Source: a virus
Lineage: Duplodnaviria > Caudoviricetes
Length of the DNA stretch: 50,740 nucleotides
IMG/VR virus record: IMGVR_UViG_3300040733_000034
Location: 1-50,740 of that record
Reading direction: 5' to 3' (one strand)
Both the position numbers and the translations under genes were made by a program. This document shows positions 9,901 to 18,333 of this stretch, piece by piece (the stretch's first letter is position 1; each line of letters starts with the position of its first letter). The notes beneath the pieces were generated by a model. The model was not told the origin of the DNA. It saw only the letters and a list, made by a program, of their open reading frames with translations, and did not search any database.

Positions 9901-10594
9901 CCCATGAGATCGTATAAGCAGGGTTGGGACAGATCCCGGACAGCGGGATCGCTGCCGCCGTCCTTTTCCCGGTCAAATAGTAATTCGGCGGGAAGATCTC
10001 GATCTCAGAGATCCCAGCTCCGCTAAAGTCTTGCCTCCAAGATGATGTTTGGTATATCCTGTACCATCTATAAGCTGTCGTGTTGCTGACCACATACTCT
10101 TGCCAGTTGCCGTTATTTGCGTGTTGTGCTGTGAGCAGGTCGTCCCAGGTACCGTCCCCTCCGTTTGTGGAATCATTTGACCCCTGGAGCTTAAAGTCCT
10201 TTAGTTGGGCGTTGCCGCTATAATAACGGGCAAGTACCCTGAGACGATCCGCAGCTTGAGCATTGCCAGCCCCTAGGTCAACCGCACACCAGTCAGGTGC
10301 TCCGTTGCCCTCAAAATACGAGCCAGTGTTATTGTCAAAAGCCCTGTCCCCTGTGGATGATCCATAATGGCCACCGTCGTAATAGGTCTTTCCCCCAGTA
10401 ATATCAGTGCTCGCCTGGTTGGTAAGCGTCAGGGCACCCTCAGCCACCGCTGTGACCTGGTCAAGCGTCCCTGTCGCGAATTCGGCCTGGATGTCCTCGT
10501 TGTAGAGATTGGTCATTGCCACGATCAGGTTGGGCCTCTTGTCTGCAATAACGACCCCACCGATCGGGCTGTCCGGTGTTAAGGTAATAGCCAA
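6968..10594 (-). CDS. Large tail tip / baseplate hub protein with carbohydrate-binding domains
   Basis: 1208 aa; N-terminal discoidin/F5-8-like domain (AFDNNTGSYF, VDLG, YRWYRI), IPT/TIG-like segment (VTIYGNGFG, VSWSWQQITFTVP), Gp37/Tal-like hub region, beta-rich C-terminus; follows the Dit region. Confidence 0.8.
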   Translation of the reverse strand: MAITLTPDSPIGGVVIADKRPNLIVAMTNLYNEDIQAEFATGTLDQVTAVAEGALTLTNQASTDITGGKTYYDGGHYGSSTGDRAFDNNTGSYFEGNGAPDWCAVDLGAGNAQAADRLRVLARYYSGNAQLKDFKLQGSNDSTNGGDGTWDDLLTAQHANNGNWQEYVVSNTTAYRWYRIYQTSSWRQDFSGAGISEIEIFPPNYYLTGKRTAAAIPLSGICPNPAYTISWDATTPVGTSVIVKCAINEDPETMPLDGDFQVATSGNAIPGLIPGADLTGKYLWIREELTTDSAIYTPKLNSLTTNVPNPQSHNVTFYVDITATFNSPLLQSGGVLSVPGNVSWQVPEDLCRGTWYWKAVCSGVTSAVSSFKEVYGVDKRILYNFENVAKFNDWTEKRILYQYENVGKLDVWSETRALFQYENVTDDPPSPYIERLSVTRASQGAAVTIYGNGFGSKAASDPENADRTARGYGGSVYLGALQCGIVSWSWQQITFTVPVDAVSGAVFVRLTTPDPPGQRDSNLKGLEIYEAQPTTDTGLELFVCAKANPNTILAELDGAADKSYYEQRNGCGSGKFRISRLDPKGGDRSLITDQNYILCRLNGVDVFKWIIESRKPAYVSDDEEQWIDVSGRGILAVLDQAVVYPEGMPYPATLERRWTAVRGAAIFLQLFQEAKARGCFPYLSCDFTADYDSVGMPWDDETDLSFHSGTKLSKVAEKLTAGFGLFDLEISTTFVLKAYKSPGKGQDLSDTVRFFKGQAILAHENQSDSTNIENVCLIEGDAGSLVEVTHPTSPTTWGRREGYLQARNIPDDWTQLTNYGNMKINKRGEVSWGIRLNTDFAFHRYRDNYSKGDWIWVHIEPEGADSIGFDGKVRVVGATVAEDADQKLTVQLELNNIMLEREIILAQLVERLSMGSQDSTMTNLDERPGAPIDHNHFHGLLLGLGSDDHLQYYNALRHAADLHEFLARVTSIKKQGADALTGAVTLIPGANVSMVQNNEAKTITIASTGGGGASYYKPGDIPPAVPHAKDDEFEGESLDPKWLAFGGDAANVLENGYLWFNTGAANNKGIEQVAPAGDFSFRAHISSTLNVADNHWVGLYLRNTSNNRQLIWTFNRTNGYYRLMLSRMTNWAWNSNGATCNYFINALVDGFLRIRLIGSTLYFDVSTDGIWYTNITTETVANHLGAVNTFGICGVSRPLACYNFRVTE
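9322..9460 (-). repeat. Three 18-aa (54-bp) tandem repeats in the tail protein
   Basis: KRILYNFENV / KRILYQYENV / TRALFQYENV. Confidence 0.8.
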
Positions 10595-10606
10595 CGGGAT
10601 CCCCCC

Positions 10607-11488
10607 TTACGTCCAGGATCCGACCGAAACGATCACCCTGGCGGCCCTTGGCCCCAAAGTCAAAAGCGGCGGCCCCAGCTCGTTCTTGACATAGATCCTG
10701 TTAGACAAAGTCAGTGCTCCCAGCGTCGCCAGATCCAGTACGGTCGTCCATGGCCCGTCTGCGCTCCAGGAGATCAGGAAGTGGGCATCATTGAGCTGGA
10801 AGTTTACACTATTGGCGATCTTTGTTGCGCTGGCGTTTTTCACCCGAAAATACCATATTTGAGTCGTGCCCTCCGGACGATCTCCCCAGTCCTTTAAGGC
10901 CACCAGCTCGTCTCCGGCATCGTCGCACATGAGTATATCGTCTGGAGCTTCGCCGGCTGCCTTCTGTCCATAGACATGCACCCCGGTAATATAAGCGGTT
11001 TCACCCCCGCCGTATGCCCCGGCCTTAAACGCAATACGCAGCACCTTGATCGGCCCGGAAAATGAGACTGTGCGGATCGTGCTTCTCCAATAATCGGCGG
11101 CATTGTTCGGCGGCGGCGGGCTGCAGACAGCATTTTCCCAGGTGCCGTCCATGCCGTTAGTGCTATCTGCCGATCCCTGGATCCTGTAGTCGTCATAATT
11201 TTGGTTGACTGTGTTTGCACTGAAAAACAAGCCTATATCTACCACCTCGCGCAGCTCCGGGAAGAAGAACCAAAAAGCCCTTGAATAGCTGTAACCAGCC
11301 TCACCAGTGATCCCCCACGTCTCCGACCGCTGGACGCTGTTCAAGTTCTGTTTAGACAGGCCCGTGAGCCAGGACGACACGCCACTGGCCAAAAGGTCAG
11401 CTGGATCGCTGCCGTCCGTTCTTGTCCCCACTTCAGTGCCGTCTACGTCAAATGGCATCCTCCTGGCCGCTATAACTGGATATGGCAA
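10607..11488 (-). CDS. Minor tail protein with galactose-binding-like domain
   Basis: IQGSADSTNGMDGTW matches LQGSNDSTNGGDGTW in the next gene; position after Dit. Confidence 0.7.
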   Translation of the reverse strand: MPYPVIAARRMPFDVDGTEVGTRTDGSDPADLLASGVSSWLTGLSKQNLNSVQRSETWGITGEAGYSYSRAFWFFFPELREVVDIGLFFSANTVNQNYDDYRIQGSADSTNGMDGTWENAVCSPPPPNNAADYWRSTIRTVSFSGPIKVLRIAFKAGAYGGGETAYITGVHVYGQKAAGEAPDDILMCDDAGDELVALKDWGDRPEGTTQIWYFRVKNASATKIANSVNFQLNDAHFLISWSADGPWTTVLDLATLGALTLSNRIYVKNELGPPLLTLGPRAARVIVSVGSWT

Positions 11489-11499
11489 GATCCCACCTC

Positions 11500-12324
11500 C
11501 TAACTATATGCTGGGTAATATTGTATTCTAACTGACCCGCTGGGCGCTGAGTCACAGGTCACCCGCAGGCTGTTGGCCCCCCGCTCAAGGATAAACCACT
11601 GAGGAGCGCCCTGGTGTCTGAGTGCGCTGATCATATTGTCGACGCCCTTATACATGGTAAAGGCTGCTGTATCAATGACCACGGCCTCCCCGTTTGCGAT
11701 CGCTCCGTTGTACTGGATCCAGATCCCATTTGTCAGGTTCTCCAGCTTGGGAGCATCCAGCGGCCCGGTCATCGTGATCGTCATCTTGATTGCCGGCGCG
11801 GTGCCTGGGTTGGTGTGCGTCCATGATTCCGGGTTGCTGTCAATGTCGGTTGTCGCACTCGTCTGCGCCAGACCGTAGAAAAATGGATCCGCCAGCCAGA
11901 AGTCGATCACCCCGCGGGCCAGCAGGCCTTTCGCAGAGCGCACCAGTTTAACCTCGTTTAATACTTCTGCCATAGCCTCGCGGATCGTGGTGGTGTCAGT
12001 AAATACCCGGCGCAGCTTCGCCTGCGTTCTGGTGGTCAGGATCCCGGACAGATAGTCCATGTTTTCCAGCAGCGCCTGGCGCTCTGTTTTGCCGGCCGGT
12101 ACCATGCCGGTGATCGGATCGAATCCCCGCACCCAGATCCCCAGCGGCACAACCCGCGGGCCAAAGCTCTTGACCCGTTGCCTTTCACCGTAGGCATATG
12201 GCACGTTTAAGTTACTGCCCCGCTTCGGCGGCACTCCGATCCCGCCCGGCACTTCAGCGACCGACCAGGCCAGTGTGGTCAGGTCGATCCCGCCAAAATA
12301 CCACTTCTGCATTTCTATGGTCAT
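11500..12324 (-). CDS. Distal tail protein (Dit)
   Basis: Directly after tape measure; DPFFYG, NPGTAPA, LERGANSL motifs. Confidence 0.85.
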   Translation of the reverse strand: MTIEMQKWYFGGIDLTTLAWSVAEVPGGIGVPPKRGSNLNVPYAYGERQRVKSFGPRVVPLGIWVRGFDPITGMVPAGKTERQALLENMDYLSGILTTRTQAKLRRVFTDTTTIREAMAEVLNEVKLVRSAKGLLARGVIDFWLADPFFYGLAQTSATTDIDSNPESWTHTNPGTAPAIKMTITMTGPLDAPKLENLTNGIWIQYNGAIANGEAVVIDTAAFTMYKGVDNMISALRHQGAPQWFILERGANSLRVTCDSAPSGSVRIQYYPAYS

Positions 12325-15128
12325 TGGGCAAACACCCCCATATATACGAGCTTTTGCAGCTCCCGCGTTGTGGCGTTCTCGGCGCTCTCGCCTTTAGTCC
12401 CGTAATTGTTTACGTTGATATTCACGACACTGCCGCCCTTGCCGCCAACGACCATTCCCGCCCCAGTGGCCCCGTTGGCCATGGCTGCCCCGGACTCAAG
12501 CAGGGAGATATTGCGCCTCATGCGGTTTTCCTGCTCGGCGCTCTTGGTCAGCTCGTCCCCGACCTCAGCGATCCGGATCTTGAGATCCAGCAGCTTCTCG
12601 TAAACACCCAGGGCCTCGTCGCTATACTTGCCATGGTCAGCGCTCTCTTGATCATAGGCGCTCTGCAGGGTGTTGACCTCCCGCGTTAAGAGGTTATACT
12701 GCAGCGCCAGGCTCTGCTTTTTAAAGCCCAGCTTGTCCATGATCGTGGCGCTCTTGCCCATGGCATACTCTAAGACCTTGAATTCCTTTTCCGTGATGGA
12801 CAGGGCCTGGCTTAGCCGGTTCATGGTCTTGTCGACCAGATCCAGCACTGCGTCCTTGAGGTTTCCGGTACCGCTGGCCGCCCTGGCCGTGTTGTCGGTG
12901 TAGGTCTGCAGGTCGGCTGAGGCGTCCCGGTAGGCTTTCCCTGTCTGCTCGGCTGCCTGGGTGCTCGCCTTGAGGCTTGCGGTCATTTCCTCGTTCTGCA
13001 AGCGCTCGGCCTCTGTGGCGTCGGCATAGCTCTGATCCGTGGCCATGGCGTCCATGGCCTCCATGTTGGCCAGGTGTTCGGCCAGGGCATCCTGCTGGGC
13101 TGTCAGGGTGTTCATCCATTCCCGCTCCGGATCTTCCGACCCGCTGGCGATCCCGCGGGCCAGGCCCTCGGTGATCATCTGCCCGAATTCGTCGTAAACT
13201 TCGGACGGACTGCTGATCTTGAGTAAGCGCCTAAATGTGCCCATGACCCGGTCGGCCAGTCCGGCGCTTGCCCCCTCGACCTTGTTGGCGCTGCCCTCCA
13301 TGCCCTCGGTTAGTCCCTCGCCTATGTTATAGCCGGCGTCGCGCATCACTCTTGACGGACTGGAGATCCCCAGGATCCCAAAGATGGTATTTTTAATACT
13401 GGTTGCCAGGTCGGCCACCGTTCCGATCACGTTGCCCACAAAGGCCTTAATCCCTTCCCAGAGGCCCAGGACTATGTTCTTGCCCCACTCCCAGGCCCTG
13501 GTTGCCACCCCCCCCAGATAGACCCCGATCTCCTCCCAGTTTGATATGATGATCCCGATCGGGTGATACTGGATAAAGAGGTCAGCGATCGCCTTTAGGG
13601 CGCTGCCTATAGCGATCTTGATCTTGTCCCATAATTGTGTAATCCACTTCCAGGCGGACTGCAGCCCGGCCACTATGTCGTCATGGTGCTTTATAAGCTG
13701 CCGGACGATCAGCACCACCGCGGCGACCGCGGCAATGACCAGGCCGATCGGCCCGGTGATGGCAGCCCAGAGAGAGGCAAAGCCCCCGGCCACCAGCCCC
13801 AGGACAGCGGGCAGAGCAGCAAAGCCAGCCACGATCGACGGCAGAAAGCCGATCAGCATCAGGAGCGGCCCGCCAATCAAAAGGATCCCAGCCACTGTGG
13901 CCAGAATTACCGCAATCACGGTTTTGAGCGGCCCCGGCATGGAGTTAAACACGTTTACAGTAGCAGTCACGCCTTTGGCCACGGTCTGGATCACCGGCGT
14001 CAGGGCGTCGCCAATATGGATAAGCGCTGCCTCGACCGACCCGCCCAGCTCCTCCAGGGATCCCTGCAGGTTGTCTTTCATGATCTCGGCGGCCGTCTTG
14101 GCAGCCCCGGCCGAATTGATCAGGCCGTCCTGGTATTTCTTAAAGGCCTCCGGCCCCTGAGCCAGCAGCACCAGCATGCCGCTGGCAGCTTCCTTGCCGA
14201 ATAGCTGGGCCAGGGTTGCCGCTTTCTGGGCCTCGGTCATGCCCTCGGTCTTTTGTTTTAAGACCCCGATCACGTCCCCCAGCGGCAGCATTTTACCTGC
14301 TGAGTCAGTAAACTTCATGCCCAGGGCAGCCATCGTGTCGGCCGCCTCTTTTGGTGGATCGACCAGGTTCAAAAGTGCTGCCCGCAGTGTCGTGCCGGCC
14401 TGCTCTCCCTTGATCCCGGCGTTGCCCATTTCAATCAGCGCCGCGCCGACCTCCTCCACGGAGTAGCCCAGCTGCGCCGCGACCGGACCAGCATATTTCA
14501 TGCTGTAGGCCATGTCCTGCAGCCCGATCGCTGAGCTGTTGGCAGCGCTCGCCAGCACGTCCGCAATATGTCCAGACTCTGAGGCCTTGAGACCAAAGGT
14601 GGAAAGCGCGGACCCGATGGTCTCGGCAACAAGGCCCATTTCCTCACCGGAGGCCGCGGCGGCGTCTAAGACTCCCGGCATAGCGTCCATGATCTGGTTT
14701 GCATTAAAGCCTGCGGCAGCCAGCATCTGCATACCTTCGGCAGCCTGGCCGCTGGAGAAAGAGGTATCTGCCCCCAGCTTTAAGGCCTGCTCGCGCAGCT
14801 GCTGGAATTCCTCGGCCGAAGATCCGGACAGGGCCTGCACCTTGGACATGTTGGCCCCGAAGTCGGCTGACGTTTTCACTGCCTGGCCCAGGCCGTAAGC
14901 CATAGCTCCCCCGGCCACGGTCATGGCCATGCCCGCGGATCTCGCTGTGCCCGCCAGCTGCTCAAAGCGGTTGCCGTCGTTGATCTTGTTAACTGACTTA
15001 TTAAAGTCTGAGCTTAGACGGTTGCCTAAGTCTGCACTCTGGCGCTTGGCGTCGTCGACCCCTCTTTTAAATTTATCCATGGCCAGCTCCAGGCTTACAA
15101 CCAGCTGGCCCACCTGTGCGTTAGGCAA
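12321..15128 (-). CDS. Tail tape measure protein (TP901 family)
   Basis: 935 aa, Ala-rich; GIKGEQAGTTLR core, hydrophobic mid-section, GISSPSRVM motifs. Confidence 0.95.
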   Translation of the reverse strand: MPNAQVGQLVVSLELAMDKFKRGVDDAKRQSADLGNRLSSDFNKSVNKINDGNRFEQLAGTARSAGMAMTVAGGAMAYGLGQAVKTSADFGANMSKVQALSGSSAEEFQQLREQALKLGADTSFSSGQAAEGMQMLAAAGFNANQIMDAMPGVLDAAAASGEEMGLVAETIGSALSTFGLKASESGHIADVLASAANSSAIGLQDMAYSMKYAGPVAAQLGYSVEEVGAALIEMGNAGIKGEQAGTTLRAALLNLVDPPKEAADTMAALGMKFTDSAGKMLPLGDVIGVLKQKTEGMTEAQKAATLAQLFGKEAASGMLVLLAQGPEAFKKYQDGLINSAGAAKTAAEIMKDNLQGSLEELGGSVEAALIHIGDALTPVIQTVAKGVTATVNVFNSMPGPLKTVIAVILATVAGILLIGGPLLMLIGFLPSIVAGFAALPAVLGLVAGGFASLWAAITGPIGLVIAAVAAVVLIVRQLIKHHDDIVAGLQSAWKWITQLWDKIKIAIGSALKAIADLFIQYHPIGIIISNWEEIGVYLGGVATRAWEWGKNIVLGLWEGIKAFVGNVIGTVADLATSIKNTIFGILGISSPSRVMRDAGYNIGEGLTEGMEGSANKVEGASAGLADRVMGTFRRLLKISSPSEVYDEFGQMITEGLARGIASGSEDPEREWMNTLTAQQDALAEHLANMEAMDAMATDQSYADATEAERLQNEEMTASLKASTQAAEQTGKAYRDASADLQTYTDNTARAASGTGNLKDAVLDLVDKTMNRLSQALSITEKEFKVLEYAMGKSATIMDKLGFKKQSLALQYNLLTREVNTLQSAYDQESADHGKYSDEALGVYEKLLDLKIRIAEVGDELTKSAEQENRMRRNISLLESGAAMANGATGAGMVVGGKGGSVVNINVNNYGTKGESAENATTRELQKLVYMGVFAQ

Positions 15129-15152
15129 TTATTACCCCCCCTTTCTGAGGAG

Positions 15153-15344
15153 TTATAAGACCTCGTCAATGTTGGCCTCTTTTTTGGGAGGCTCTTTGCT
15201 CAGCTCGTTCTCGGTGTCTAAAAGCGCGAATATCTCCCGGAAGGTTGACCCCCAGAATTCCTTTTTGGTCATGCCAAATCTTCGTCGGCAGACGTAGTAA
15301 AGGAGTCCATAATCAAGCCCCTCCCGATCTCCTCCAGCTTTTTT
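15153..15344 (-). CDS. Tail assembly chaperone -1 frameshift extension (gpGT-like)
   Basis: The -1 frame is open from slippery A_AAA_AAG (15338-15344) and encodes LLYYVCRRRFGMTKKEFWGSTFREI. Confidence 0.75.
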   Translation of the reverse strand, partial: KKAGGDREGLDYGLLYYVCRRRFGMTKKEFWGSTFREIFALLDTENELSKEPPKKEANIDEVL

Positions 15345-15772
15345 TCGTCGACCTCCTCGCCCTTTTCGGCGGCCTCGCGGATCAGCTTCTTGGTTTTCTC
15401 CACGGTGTCGGCCGGCATCCCGCCAAAAAAGGCCTCCATGCACTTCATGGAGATGTCGGCAATGTTTTGCACCGTCACGTAAGAGCTGATCCCCTTTATG
15501 GTCAATTTAAAGCCTTCCGGGAGTTCTTCCGGCTCGTAGTGCTGCAGCATGGCAAAAAGCAAATGCCTGAGCACCTGCATGTCCTGTTTTTTCTGCGGCC
15601 CTTTTTCGTCCTTTTTCTTTTTCCGCAGCATCTTACCCACGGCGCTAACGTCGCCAAATTGCTCCTCTAAGTAGGCCGTGGCGTTTAGGTCAAAGAGCAG
15701 GCGCAGCTTGTGGCCGTCCAGGGTGACATATATAGGTTTACTCCGTATCTCACTTGCTCTTTTGTGTCCCAT
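15269..15772 (-). CDS. Tail assembly chaperone (gpG-like)
   Basis: Between major tail and tape measure genes; LLFDLNATAYLEEQFG motif. Confidence 0.8.
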   Translation of the reverse strand: MGHKRASEIRSKPIYVTLDGHKLRLLFDLNATAYLEEQFGDVSAVGKMLRKKKKDEKGPQKKQDMQVLRHLLFAMLQHYEPEELPEGFKLTIKGISSYVTVQNIADISMKCMEAFFGGMPADTVEKTKKLIREAAEKGEEVDEKKLEEIGRGLIMDSFTTSADEDLA

Positions 15773-15826
15773 AAATTGATCCTTTCGTCTCGAATTTTAG
15801 AGGAGCGGGCGCTAGGCCCGCTCTCT

Positions 15827-16678
15827 TTATGCCACGGTCTTGAAGTTTATTGTGCTTGGAGCGGCCAGGGCGACCCCAGAGGCGCTCCGGATCCCAACGG
15901 TGAGGATAGCTATATAATCCGTGTTGTTGGCCAGGTCGGCCGTTGGGTTAAAGGTGATCGTCTTGCCGGCGACGTCATAAGAGATAGCTCCGGCCACTGG
16001 TGTGCCGTCAGCTTTCATAACCATGACGTTGGCAGCGATCACCGTGCTGGACAGCAGGTCTTTGTCGGCCGTCCAGACAATATTAGAGTTGATCGCCACG
16101 TCAACCGCGGCGTCAAGCGGAACGCAGGCCACGGTTGGGGCCACCACGTCGTCAGTGGACTCCATGGCCGCCAGCCAGGCCTCGTCCGGGCTGTCCTTCT
16201 TACGCAGCACCTTGCCGTCATAGAGTGAGGCCATGGCCTTGCCCTCGATCTCTACGCTGACAGTCTCGGCGCTCTTATAGCTCTGTTTGACCTTGATCAC
16301 CTTGACCCGCCAGAGCTTGACCCCCTGGAAAGTCCCGTCCGTCCTCGGTGCCTTAAACCGCAGCCCGATACTTGGCGCATCAGAGTCCTTGGTAAAGTCG
16401 TACGTGCCGGTGCCGGCGTCGTAGTCTCCCCCCTCGAAGTATTCCAGGGCGGACAGTGGAACCTCGGCCATCTTGATCTTGACCTCGGCGTTTTCAAAGT
16501 TTTTGATCGTCTCGTAGGTCACATCGTCGCCGGGAACCTCGGTTTCTTTATATTTGGGATCTATGTCGACCTCCTGCAGTCCAGGCGTCGACACGATCGC
16601 GTTATAGGCCCGGCCGGTGCCGTCGTCCTTGGTCATAGGAGCGTATCCAATATCCCTTGCACCTTTGATAACTGGCAT
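15827..16678 (-). CDS. Major tail tube protein with C-terminal Ig-like domain
   Basis: Phi13-like N-terminus; C-terminal TITFNPTADLANNTDY of Big_5/SbsA type. Confidence 0.88.
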   Translation of the reverse strand: MPVIKGARDIGYAPMTKDDGTGRAYNAIVSTPGLQEVDIDPKYKETEVPGDDVTYETIKNFENAEVKIKMAEVPLSALEYFEGGDYDAGTGTYDFTKDSDAPSIGLRFKAPRTDGTFQGVKLWRVKVIKVKQSYKSAETVSVEIEGKAMASLYDGKVLRKKDSPDEAWLAAMESTDDVVAPTVACVPLDAAVDVAINSNIVWTADKDLLSSTVIAANVMVMKADGTPVAGAISYDVAGKTITFNPTADLANNTDYIAILTVGIRSASGVALAAPSTINFKTVA

Positions 16679-16693
16679 TAATACCCCTCCCTT

Positions 16694-17068
16694 TTAGCGG
16701 GCCACGTCGGCCCGGTATGTCTGCACGTATTTGCAGCGCTCCTTTTTGTCCGGATCCAGGCGCTCCGCGTCGGAGTCCGCCAGGATCTCAATGTAATAAC
16801 GGCCGTTTACCCAGACCAGCTCTTGGTTGTGCAGCAGATCAAAGCACTCCTTGAGCTTGGCCCTGCACCAGTCCTGATCGGCGCTCCTGGCCACGATCTG
16901 AGCGGCCGGGTAGTTGCAGCCGTCCCACTTGCCCGGCGCTCGCCCAGGGCTGGTATAGACAGCCAGGGCATTGTCCGGAGTGTCCGGCAGGTCGTCGCAA
17001 AACAGATCCGCCCCGAATGTGGCTATCCCGGCGTTGTCAATTAGTGAGATCAGGTCGTTGGTAAACAT
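16694..17068 (-). CDS. Tail terminator / minor capsid protein
   Basis: LFCDDLPDTPDNALAVY motif; position before the tail tube gene. Confidence 0.75.
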   Translation of the reverse strand: MFTNDLISLIDNAGIATFGADLFCDDLPDTPDNALAVYTSPGRAPGKWDGCNYPAAQIVARSADQDWCRAKLKECFDLLHNQELVWVNGRYYIEILADSDAERLDPDKKERCKYVQTYRADVAR

Positions 17069-17072
17069 GATC

Positions 17073-17240
17073 TTAGTCCACCTTAATGATTATTGAGTCT
17101 TTCAGCGTCCCGGCCAGCGCCCGGATCAGCACCTGCTCGGCCAGCTCCGGAGGCATCCCCCGGTCAATGGCCCGCTCCAGGGCTGTCTTGAGTCCCTGCT
17201 CCAGGGTTTGCATCCAGGGCGCTCTTTCGATCACGGTCAT
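17073..17240 (-). CDS. Small hypothetical protein (55 aa, not in ORF track)
   Basis: ATG overlaps upstream TGA; MTVIERAPWMQTLEQGLK...IIIKVD fills the gap exactly. Confidence 0.55.
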   Translation of the reverse strand: MTVIERAPWMQTLEQGLKTALERAIDRGMPPELAEQVLIRALAGTLKDSIIIKVD

Positions 17241-17671
17241 TTTTCAAATCCTTTCAGCGCCACGGCCGCCCGCAGGTTGGCCAACTTGATCACCTTGTCC
17301 ACGTTCTGGGTATAGCCCTTTAGTAAAAACTTAGCCCCCCCATTGGTGTGCTTTAAGGTCGGATCCTCGTGCTGCTTGCGGGCATAGGGCGTATTTACTG
17401 ACACAAACACTTGTTTGGCACCAGGCGGGACGGCTTTCTGGATGTTCTTAGAGTGGTCAGTCCCGGCCTTGGCGGCCTCAAAGACTGCGGCCGGATCCGG
17501 CAGCTGCCCCACCGTAACCGTGCCGCTTCTCCGCATGGTTCCGGACAGGAGCGGCTCAAGGTCGATCGTGTCGGTAAGGATCGCCTCTCCCCCGTCAATA
17601 AGTCCGGACATGGCTGCTCCCTCCATGGCCGCGATCACTGCGGAACCGTTCCAGGTCAGCTTATGGCTCAA
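17237..17671 (-). CDS. Neck/tail-completion protein (HK97 gp10-like)
   Basis: Start re-called to TTG at 17671; PLLSGTMRRSG, VNTPYARKQHE, AKFL motifs. Confidence 0.8.
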   Translation of the reverse strand: MSHKLTWNGSAVIAAMEGAAMSGLIDGGEAILTDTIDLEPLLSGTMRRSGTVTVGQLPDPAAVFEAAKAGTDHSKNIQKAVPPGAKQVFVSVNTPYARKQHEDPTLKHTNGGAKFLLKGYTQNVDKVIKLANLRAAVALKGFEK

Positions 17672-17961
17672 AAGACCACCTCCCGCTGGCGGATCTCTCC
17701 GTTGACGTCCGGGATCTCGTCCACCTCCGGCACGATCCAGTCCTGCCCTTGGTATTCTAGTCTGTCGCCCTTGTTGATCGCGGCGGACGTCGTGACCGTG
17801 GCCCCGTGGATCGTGGTAACCTCCCCCTGTTCGTCCTTGACCCGCCTGGTTATCTTCTCCCAGCGGCAGCGGATCTCCACGCCTGCGCCATAGGTCGGAG
17901 TCTTGCCGCTGTGTCCCGTGCGCGGGTACCAGATCGCGGTCTGGTTGTAATACTCGATCAC
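17668..17961 (-). CDS. Head closure/stopper protein
   Basis: 97 aa, beta-rich; position in the neck module. Confidence 0.7.
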   Translation of the reverse strand: MIEYYNQTAIWYPRTGHSGKTPTYGAGVEIRCRWEKITRRVKDEQGEVTTIHGATVTTSAAINKGDRLEYQGQDWIVPEVDEIPDVNGEIRQREVVF

Positions 17962-18323
17962 CGCAGGCCCCCCAGTTTGAGCGTCGGCCCCCGCAGGTAG
18001 GCCCAGGCCCGCGGCGCAATGTTCGGATCCCGGCCGGCCAGGTTAAATTTTTCACTGGCCCGTCCCCCTTGTCCCAGGGAAAACTCCGCGACCCCTTCGA
18101 TCTGCAGCCTGGCCCTGGCCGTGTTCTGGATCAGCCAGAGCGCCTGCTCACAGATCGCATAGCCCAGGTTGGTGCTGTCGGCCTTGTCCTCATAAGGCTT
18201 AAGCTCCCGCGTCGCCTGGGCGATCGCCTTTGTCTTGGTGGAGTCCGCGGCGCTGTCCCAGGCAGCTGTCTCCAGTCGGTCGGCGAAATATTGGTTTGCG
18301 CTTGTTATGTCCATAAAGATCAC
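17958..18323 (-). CDS. Head-tail adaptor protein
   Basis: ANQYFADRL..AWD..KTKAIAQAT, AICEQAL motifs; first neck gene. Confidence 0.75.
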   Translation of the reverse strand: MIFMDITSANQYFADRLETAAWDSAADSTKTKAIAQATRELKPYEDKADSTNLGYAICEQALWLIQNTARARLQIEGVAEFSLGQGGRASEKFNLAGRDPNIAPRAWAYLRGPTLKLGGLR

Positions 18324-18333
18324 CCTTCCGGGC

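Noticed and set aside
15345-15443. Independent start for ORF 15153-15443
   Set aside because: Lies within the chaperone gene; explained by the -1 frameshift
15803-15823. Hairpin after the major tail gene (similar ones near 42651-42678 and 46677-46707) as terminators
   Set aside because: No U-tract in the transcribed direction; more likely mRNA-stabilising or processing stems
17672-18055. N-terminal 128 aa of ORF 17237-18055
   Set aside because: Overlaps two better neck genes in other frames; a TTG at 17671 gives a normal-sized protein
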